From the NCBI GenBank assembly GCA_000990445.1, contig LBTJ01000001.1:1-55545 (forward strand): 55,545 nucleotides of DNA, read 5' to 3'. This document shows, in pieces, positions 48,967 through 55,545 of this stretch; within the stretch, counting starts at the first letter, position 1; every line of letters begins with the position of its first letter. Below the pieces are notes generated by a model, which did not search any database, had not been told where the DNA came from, and worked only from the letters and a program-made list of their open reading frames with translations. Source of the DNA: Candidatus Roizmanbacteria bacterium GW2011_GWA2_37_7. GTDB lineage: Bacteria > Patescibacteriota > Microgenomatia > UBA1406 > GWC2-37-13. Made by a program: the position numbers and the translations under genes.

Positions 48967-50553
48967 TTATATGCAAAGAACTATTCCTTCGAAAGGACGA
49001 AGATTTACTCGATTTTGTTCTTTCCTATTTTTCACATCAAGTTTTGTAGAAAGTATGGTTTTCCAATCACCTGTGGGCAATTCAACTCCTTGAATTTCTT
49101 CTGAAAAATTCGCTAATATCAGAGTTTCTTCATCTACTCCTCGACGAATAAATCCTAATACATGTGGATTTTTGCATTCTAAAGGAATATATTTTCCTTC
49201 CGTGAGACTTTTTCTTGTTTTTCTAAGATTCAAGATAGATTTATAGAGACTAAGAAAAGATTCTTTATCAATTTCTTCTGATGCAACATTTCTTTCTGCA
49301 GATTCTTTCTCTATAGGAAGCCACGGTTCAACATTTGAAAAACCTCCATATTGTGTTGTATCCCATTGCATCGGGGTTCGCACAGGGTCGCGCCCAAAAT
49401 GAAAACCTTTCATATTTAGGGCCATAGGATCTTTCATTTTTTCTTTAGGAATATCCATATTCTTCATTCCCAACTCTTCTCCATAGTAAATAAATGGTAT
49501 GCCACGAAGTGTCAATTGAAGAAGAGCGGCTGTTCGTGCAGCATCCTCACCAAGTTTTGTTACGATCCTTGGCTTATCATGATTACCAAGTACATATGTT
49601 GGGAAAAAATCATCACCTATCATTTCATCAAACTCATCAATAAACCTTTTTTGTTCTTGTGCATTCCAAGGAAGAGAGAGAAATGAAAAGTTAAAGGGGG
49701 CGAAGCTTTGATGATCTACAATCCTGTAAAGATTTACTATCTCTTGGAGAAATGTATATATTTCGCAGACCATAAACCTATCATCAAATTCATTTATCAC
49801 GCTATGAAATTTTTTAAGCATATGCAAGGTCTCCGGAAGAGCTAGCGTATAGATATGCAGTAAGCTATCGTACTGCATGTTAAGCTCGGGAAGATATGCG
49901 GGATTATATGGCTCGTCACGGAAAAAAGGATCCTTATAAAGGTAATATGCGACATCAACACGAAATCCATCCACGCCTCTTTTCAACCAGTAACGCATAA
50001 CGTTTAATATTTCATCAACTACGTGTGGGTTTCTCCAATTAAGGTCAGGTTGACTTACATCAAATGTATGAAGATAATATTCCTCTGTTTTTTCATCAAA
50101 TTTCCAGGCTGATCCACCAAATTGAGACAGCCAATTATTTGGTGCCGATCCATTTTTTTTTGGTTTTTTCCATATATACCAATCTCTTTTATGGTTATTT
50201 TGAGAAGAACGCGACTCTTTAAACCATGGATGTTCAAAAGAAGTATGGTTGGGGACAAAATCCATAAGAACCTTCATGTCCTTATCATGTGCTTTTCTTA
50301 AAAGGTTATCAAAGTCAGATAATGTTCCAAATATTGGATCAATATCATAATAATTTGAGATATCATATCCAAAATCATGCATCGGAGAACAATAAATTGG
50401 AGAAAGCCACAATGCGCCTATTCCTAAATCCTTTAAATAATCCAGTTTTTCTGTTATCCCATTTAAGTCGCCTATGCCATCTCCACTACTGTCTTTAAAA
50501 CTTCGTGGATAAATTTGGTAGACAACTCGTGCGCCCCATGTGCTATTCATCAT
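48967..50553 (-). CDS. GH13 alpha-glucosidase/oligo-1,6-glucosidase
   Basis: YQIYPRSFKDS, DFVPNHTS, QPDLNW, GVDGFRVDV, GNHD, YYGEELGM. Confidence 0.95.
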   Translation of the reverse strand: MMNSTWGARVVYQIYPRSFKDSSGDGIGDLNGITEKLDYLKDLGIGALWLSPIYCSPMHDFGYDISNYYDIDPIFGTLSDFDNLLRKAHDKDMKVLMDFVPNHTSFEHPWFKESRSSQNNHKRDWYIWKKPKKNGSAPNNWLSQFGGSAWKFDEKTEEYYLHTFDVSQPDLNWRNPHVVDEILNVMRYWLKRGVDGFRVDVAYYLYKDPFFRDEPYNPAYLPELNMQYDSLLHIYTLALPETLHMLKKFHSVINEFDDRFMVCEIYTFLQEIVNLYRIVDHQSFAPFNFSFLSLPWNAQEQKRFIDEFDEMIGDDFFPTYVLGNHDKPRIVTKLGEDAARTAALLQLTLRGIPFIYYGEELGMKNMDIPKEKMKDPMALNMKGFHFGRDPVRTPMQWDTTQYGGFSNVEPWLPIEKESAERNVASEEIDKESFLSLYKSILNLRKTRKSLTEGKYIPLECKNPHVLGFIRRGVDEETLILANFSEEIQGVELPTGDWKTILSTKLDVKNRKEQNRVNLRPFEGIVLCI

Positions 50554-51779
50554 AGGATTATTTTTTTATTGCTTATCACAATACTTTTAAGCAATGTATG
50601 AAAATCTGCAAATTGCTTCTCTGCAGTAAATTTTTCTTCTACGGTAATATGCCCATTTTTTATGAACGTATTACGAACTTTTTTATCAGTAAGAATTTTT
50701 TCAATTTTTTGAGCCAATATGATTGGATCATTGGGCTGAACAAGATATCCGCTATATCCATCGCTAATAATCTCAGGCATTCCTCCGGTTTTGGCTCCGA
50801 TTACCGGAAGACCACATGCCATTGCCTCAAGAAATATCTGACCCAGTGTTTCATTTTTTTCAGCGGGCAACACCAAAACGTCCGAACCTCTATATACATT
50901 TGGCATTTGATCTAATTCAAACATCTTTACAATAGTTTTATCTTCAATATTATTGATTTTAATATAGCCAAGAAGCATTTCAAATGTATTGTCAAACTCA
51001 TCTTTTAAATTATCCGAGGCCTTTGCAACAGCAATAAGCAGGCGCAGTTTCGGATACCGAGGAGAAATTCTTGAGAATGCTTCGATCAAATTTATCATTC
51101 CCTTTTCCCTCAGCATATTTTTAGATCCGGTAATGATTCTTCCTGCAGTGAGAACAATTTTTACATCTTTTTCAAGTCCAAGTTCGATTTTGAGAGCATC
51201 TCTAGATTTTGGTATAGGATTGAAATCAAGTGTATTCACTCCCAAATAATCGGTCGAAAGCTTGCTGATGTTTGTTCCTTTTTGAAAACAATCTCCGGCC
51301 ACACTTTTACTCACGCAACTGACACGATCCCACATGAGCTCATTCGTAAGCGCTATTCGAAGGGGAGTTTCGGCATACATATGAAGACGAAGCATGAGTG
51401 GTATCTTGTAAAGTGCGGCTATCATATTGAGCCGAAAACTGTACCCAGCAGGCGGTCCAAACAGAATATTTTCTGCGCAAATGACATCAATACCATGTTT
51501 TTTTATAATTTCTTCAATCAAATCTGAAAATCCTTGTTCTTTACTCGCCTTATTCACAGCAGAACGTTTTTTACGCGGAATAGAAAGATTGTTGTCATAG
51601 TAAATAGTCATATTCCCATCGACCGTTGTGTGACTTTTTTCTGTCGTTGGGAGAATAAGAAACGTTTTGATATCTTTCCGTTTTTTAAAATAATTTATGA
51701 GATTAATAACGTATCGCTCCACTCCGCCAATACTTTCAAATGGCGAGTTGGGACTTATAAATAGTGCTTTCATATGCAT
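50550..51779 (-). CDS. GT4 family glycosyltransferase
   Basis: GGVERY, ETLGQIFLEAMACGLPVIG, GGMPEII. Confidence 0.9.
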   Translation of the reverse strand: MHMKALFISPNSPFESIGGVERYVINLINYFKKRKDIKTFLILPTTEKSHTTVDGNMTIYYDNNLSIPRKKRSAVNKASKEQGFSDLIEEIIKKHGIDVICAENILFGPPAGYSFRLNMIAALYKIPLMLRLHMYAETPLRIALTNELMWDRVSCVSKSVAGDCFQKGTNISKLSTDYLGVNTLDFNPIPKSRDALKIELGLEKDVKIVLTAGRIITGSKNMLREKGMINLIEAFSRISPRYPKLRLLIAVAKASDNLKDEFDNTFEMLLGYIKINNIEDKTIVKMFELDQMPNVYRGSDVLVLPAEKNETLGQIFLEAMACGLPVIGAKTGGMPEIISDGYSGYLVQPNDPIILAQKIEKILTDKKVRNTFIKNGHITVEEKFTAEKQFADFHTLLKSIVISNKKIIL

Positions 51780-52069
51780 AATTAAAGTATATAAAATTTA
51801 TTTTTAACTTCATTCCTGCTTTTTCAATTTTTCAAGCTACATATTGAGGAAGATTGCGTACACTTTTCATTTGGATTTAGTATTACCCGCAAAGTCTGAA
51901 TCAATAATTTAGGGGAGAAAGATAATGGAGTATGAATAAAAATTTCCCAAACAGTATCTTTTTCTATTTCGAAACAAATCTAAATTTAAAGAGATGTAGT
52001 TCTTCATCTATACCAATCGTTGCTCATTTTGCAAATATTTCATCACAAAATGAGCTAAGAACTCGTCCA

Positions 52070-52547
52070 TCAATAACCTGATAGATATTGATGGTTACGG
52101 CTCTTTGTGTCGCATACATATATGAATCGACTTGTTGATGGATGCGACCTTACGAGTGTATATACTCGTAGCATTCTCAAGTGCGAAGGGTATATCAAGA
52201 ACATCATATCACATTTGGAGGTATTAAACAATAAATATTGACTATTACACCCATATGATAATGTCATAGTTAATTTTTCCGGTAAAAATTTGTTGTAAAA
52301 CACTTTCTATTTCTTCAGAGATGCCAAGATATGAAAAGTTTGACGATTCTTTTGTGTCCTCAATATTGACATTTTGGATTGATTTATTATTAACGCCTTT
52401 ACTAGTATATTTTAAGTAGGTAATAAACAGTGAACCCGTAACGATAGAGAAAATTAGAATGGATAAAACAATTAACCCAATTACTTTCTCTTTATTAGCA
52501 GGCGGGATATCTTTTTGAGGTAATTTTGAACTGCTTATATCTACCAT
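52070..52547 (-). pseudogene. Probably degraded membrane-anchored protein gene
   Basis: ORF 52245-52547 has an N-terminal TM and is followed by short broken frames. Confidence 0.4.
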
Positions 52548-52686
52548 AAGTGAATTTATATATACTAAGCTGCGAGACCGTTTTTGAACGGTCGCGGTAC
52601 CACTTGGCTGGCGGTTTACGAAAAATGTCGAACTTCAATCTGTTAGCGCGCGATTTTATGCTCAGTTTCGCCGAGCATTGATTGTT

Positions 52687-53421
52687 CTAAAGCAAAAGTT
52701 TATCAGCCTTTGCCTCCATAAACTGAAATTTCTTCTCTCCTAAAAAATTGCCTGCATCATCTTCTAGTATAAATATGAAGTAGTGAAGATTACTTTCTGT
52801 TGCCGAGCTCACGTCCTTGACCAATCCATTGATCACCAATTCCTGTCCGAACCAGTCTTTAAAATGCGTTTTTGCTGGCTGGTTTGGAAAGGAAGGATAG
52901 GTTAAGACCCCACTCTTTGTTTTACCGGATCGAATGTCTAATAAGGTGATCCCCTGACAAGCTGTGCCGCAATGACTCAAAAAGAAGAGATGGTTATTGC
53001 CAAGCCAGTGGATACCGCTTCCCATATCAGATAAGAAAGTGTAATAGACTTGTCTGGTCATGCCGCTTTCTAGACTTAAGAGAATGAATGACAGTTCTTC
53101 TGAAGATTGATCATTTGGCAAATAAAAGAAAGCTGCTTGCTTTTGAGAAGGAGATAGAGCTAAGGACAATAGCGCTTTGTCATTGTAGTGTACTTGCTTC
53201 TTTGCCCCATCCTTTTTAGTTATAAAAACGGCATTATACTTTCCTTTCTGAATCTTTTCGTAATCATCTTTACTTAGACTAAGAACATCAATGCGGTTCG
53301 TTGGCGGGCTTACCACCACAGGCGAGAAGGAAGTGACTATTTGTTTCTGTGAAAAAAAATATCTACTTGTAACTAAAGCCAGTAATACGAAAGAGCAAAC
53401 AAATAAGTATTTTCGTGTCAT
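52687..53421 (-). CDS. Secreted hypothetical protein (partial beta-propeller-like)
   Basis: Signal peptide, LSPSQKQAAF, IHWLGNN, HCGTACQG; 4-bp overlap with the upstream hydrolase gene. Confidence 0.7.
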   Translation of the reverse strand: MTRKYLFVCSFVLLALVTSRYFFSQKQIVTSFSPVVVSPPTNRIDVLSLSKDDYEKIQKGKYNAVFITKKDGAKKQVHYNDKALLSLALSPSQKQAAFFYLPNDQSSEELSFILLSLESGMTRQVYYTFLSDMGSGIHWLGNNHLFFLSHCGTACQGITLLDIRSGKTKSGVLTYPSFPNQPAKTHFKDWFGQELVINGLVKDVSSATESNLHYFIFILEDDAGNFLGEKKFQFMEAKADKLLL

Positions 53422-54620
53422 AATTTAAAGAAGAAAATATTAGCCCTTTCCTCGTATTCGTTGACATAGCTGATGGTAAGAGTGGGTTTTTGTTTTTCAG
53501 CCCAACCAGGAGTATTAATACTATCATCATAGTAATGGTTTGCTCTTTTGGTGAGATCCGACACTTCACTATTGATAATCTTTCCAGCAATTTTATAGGA
53601 ATGCTCCCAGGCTGTTTTATCAATCTCAAGACCTTTATAGAGGGGGTCCTCTACATACTCGCGATTAGGGTCATCTTTATTGAATGAACTGAATTGTTCC
53701 GGTTCTGTAATCACTCCCCAATAAGTATTGGGCCATCTATTGCTCTTTACCCTATTTTTGATTACCCAACCAATAGCAACTCTTGCCTTGTCAGGCACAA
53801 GTGTTTTTCTAGCTTCACCAAATAAAGCGCGGGCTAAGATAATCTGATCGGGGTCATCGGCAAAACCCCCAGTCCACTCGGGATCCTCAACCGTGGGAAT
53901 GCGTTTAGGTGTATAGTCTCCCAAATCTAAAGTAACTGTGTGTAGGGTTGGTGTCTTGTCTACCCAAAATTCAATGTAATGGACGTCTTTGGTCAATTGT
54001 CTGACAAATGTCTTTTCCTCTCTCCTCACTCCTGAAAATATCTGTTCTGGTTTTGCGTGCCATGCCCAATTTCCCCAAAAGATAGACTTTCTATTCTGTT
54101 CTATATGACCGTCAACTATCAGCTTAACGTCGTCGCCATCAAATAAATGCCAGTCAACAGTGACATCTGCCGTAAGAGATTCTAAAGGAAGATCAATCAA
54201 CGCAAACGCATACCACGGCCGCCTGTCACCGTCCTCAGCCTGATCGTCCAAGGAAAACGAAATCTCCGGTGGGTTTTGAATTGGTGTAATGCTGTACGTT
54301 TCGATAATGGCACCACGTGTTGGGATAAGTTTTAATGTGTGACTTCCTTTATTGAGAGGAAGAAGAAAGATCACGGTTTTGGCTAGCCCTTTGAGAGCTG
54401 TACCATTCCACGCTGGTGGAATATCAACGTATTGAGGTTTATCTACTGAAGGGGTTTCTCTAGGTTTGATATTATCTATTTCTACACGAAGGTTTTCTCC
54501 TCCCCATAAACCCAATAATTTCCCCGATCGGCAACGTGCTTTGATCAATATGGCGTAGAGTCCAAACGTATCAACTGCAAAGTTGATGGTATCTAGCTGT
54601 GTAATCTTTTTACCTGTCAT
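53418..54620 (-). CDS. Cell wall hydrolase (SleB/Hydrolase_2-like C-terminal domain) with beta-rich N-terminal domains
   Basis: ILARALFGEAR, AIGWVIKNRV, VITEPEQFSSFN, ANHYY. Confidence 0.8.
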   Translation of the reverse strand: MTGKKITQLDTINFAVDTFGLYAILIKARCRSGKLLGLWGGENLRVEIDNIKPRETPSVDKPQYVDIPPAWNGTALKGLAKTVIFLLPLNKGSHTLKLIPTRGAIIETYSITPIQNPPEISFSLDDQAEDGDRRPWYAFALIDLPLESLTADVTVDWHLFDGDDVKLIVDGHIEQNRKSIFWGNWAWHAKPEQIFSGVRREEKTFVRQLTKDVHYIEFWVDKTPTLHTVTLDLGDYTPKRIPTVEDPEWTGGFADDPDQIILARALFGEARKTLVPDKARVAIGWVIKNRVKSNRWPNTYWGVITEPEQFSSFNKDDPNREYVEDPLYKGLEIDKTAWEHSYKIAGKIINSEVSDLTKRANHYYDDSINTPGWAEKQKPTLTISYVNEYEERANIFFFKL

Positions 54621-54795
54621 ATTTAGATCGTAGCACATAATTTATAAACAATTTCCTTACAATTTTTGCGTATTACGAGCCGACGGTCTTGTCCTGAATG
54701 AAATCGAAGGATTCGGGGGCGCGGAAAGCGCTACCCCTCGGCGGTTTTCTTCTCCTTACTGGCTGCGGGAACTGTAACAGGTTAGAAATAACTTA

Positions 54796-55116
54796 TTACA
54801 ATTTAATAGAGTAAACTCCTGTTACGTAGTCTCTTATTAGAGCATTAAGAAGTGTTTGGTAAGGAATATTTTTTTTATTAGCTTTTGCCTTCAACCTAAT
54901 TAAATCACCCTGATTTATACGAATGGTAATTTTCTGTGATTGTTGTAGTTGTGTATATCTCTTAGCCGCTTCCTGAAACATTTTTTTCATTTCTTCAGAA
55001 TTCTCAACAGGTTGCCACTCTCCCCGTGCTATAGATGTTTCTATTTCCTTTTCATAATCATCAAGGATAAGATTTTCAAATGGATTTATTTGATTTTTTT
55101 GTTTTTGATAAGCCAT
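54796..55116 (-). CDS. BrnA/CopG-like antitoxin
   Basis: ITIRINQGDL...KANKKNIPYQTLLNALI. Confidence 0.85.
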   Translation of the reverse strand: MAYQKQKNQINPFENLILDDYEKEIETSIARGEWQPVENSEEMKKMFQEAAKRYTQLQQSQKITIRINQGDLIRLKAKANKKNIPYQTLLNALIRDYVTGVYSIKL

Positions 55117-55119
55117 AGT

Positions 55120-55401
55120 TTATTTTTTAAGATAAATTTTAGTTAATTTACGATCTGGATATACCGTTTTTAAGAATGCAACATTTTTCTTTTTGTCCCA
55201 AACAAAAGGAACTGCATAAATATAGTCATTTATATTCACTATTAGTATCTGCTGGTGTTTATATTTTTTCCTATTTTTATGCTCGATAACAGTTATATAT
55301 CCACCATGCTCTAAGGTATCTTTGACATGTTCAAAACAGACACCACGAGTTTTTTTGAGCAACTCATTCTTTTCTTCACTATACTCAATATCAAAATCCA
55401 T
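55120..55401 (-). CDS. BrnT family toxin
   Basis: YSEEKNELLKKTRGVCFE, YAVPFV, FLKTVYPDRK. Confidence 0.85.
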   Translation of the reverse strand: MDFDIEYSEEKNELLKKTRGVCFEHVKDTLEHGGYITVIEHKNRKKYKHQQILIVNINDYIYAVPFVWDKKKNVAFLKTVYPDRKLTKIYLKK

Positions 55402-55447
55402 TATAGTAAATATAAACCATATGTATGGCTTTTGTCAATACTTTTTG

Positions 55448-55545
55448 CTGGGAGACTTGGATTCGAACCAAGATAAACGGATTCAGAGTCCGTTGTCCTA
55501 CCATTAGACCTGCCCGCAATGCTACGCATAGCGTTGCAGGCGGGC
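55448..55545 (-). tRNA. tRNA-Gln(CTG), partial (5' end outside the window) with an insertion at the start of the D-arm
   Basis: Reverse complement GTCTAATGGTAGGAC-AACGGA-CTCTGAA-TCCGTT-TAT-CTTGG-TTCGAAT-CCAAG-TCTCCCAG. Confidence 0.9.
55509..55544. repeat. 36-bp REP-like palindrome within tRNA-Gln
   Basis: CCTGCCCGCAATGCTA-CGCA-TAGCGTTGCAGGCGGG. Confidence 0.7.

Noticed and set aside
5667..51764. Many 60-160 aa ORFs overlapping called genes
   Set aside because: They are shadow frames of well-supported genes with no motifs of their own.
52585..52606. T-box-like AGTGGTACCGCG on the minus strand
   Set aside because: No Stem I or specifier loop, no fitting antiterminator and no amino-acid gene downstream.
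55322..55507. ORF ending LLGDLDSNQD...
   Set aside because: It is the antisense reading of brnT and the tRNA.

Overview
This 55.5 kb window looks like the replication-origin region of a Patescibacteria (CPR, probably Microgenomates/Roizmanbacteria-like) chromosome; the taxonomy is inferred from gene content and style. The core holds dnaA-dnaN with DnaA boxes and DnaA-trios, comF, recA-recX-rny, hup, rpsA, pgi, nrdR-nrdJ, PBP2, a PrgI/VirB4-like cluster, three type II TA pairs and tRNA-Gln at the right edge. Most notable: (1) a small regulon at 0.6-5.3 kb with three copies of a 28-bp operator, each exactly 20 nt before a -10 box, around a double-HTH/MmyB-like regulator, and in front of a structured RNA, a degenerate MazG-like protein and an unannotated 41-aa membrane peptide; (2) a cobalamin riboswitch in front of an unknown 436-aa gene next to pduO and nrdJ; (3) REP-like palindromes inserted in that riboswitch and in tRNA-Gln; (4) a full-length Xer-like protein lacking its catalytic Tyr; (5) a HARP (protein-only RNase P) gene; (6) att-like scars bounding gene cassettes beside tRNA-Gln. 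Several genes have internal deletions of roughly 100 nt that may be assembly errors. All family calls come from reading motifs by eye; no database search was run.
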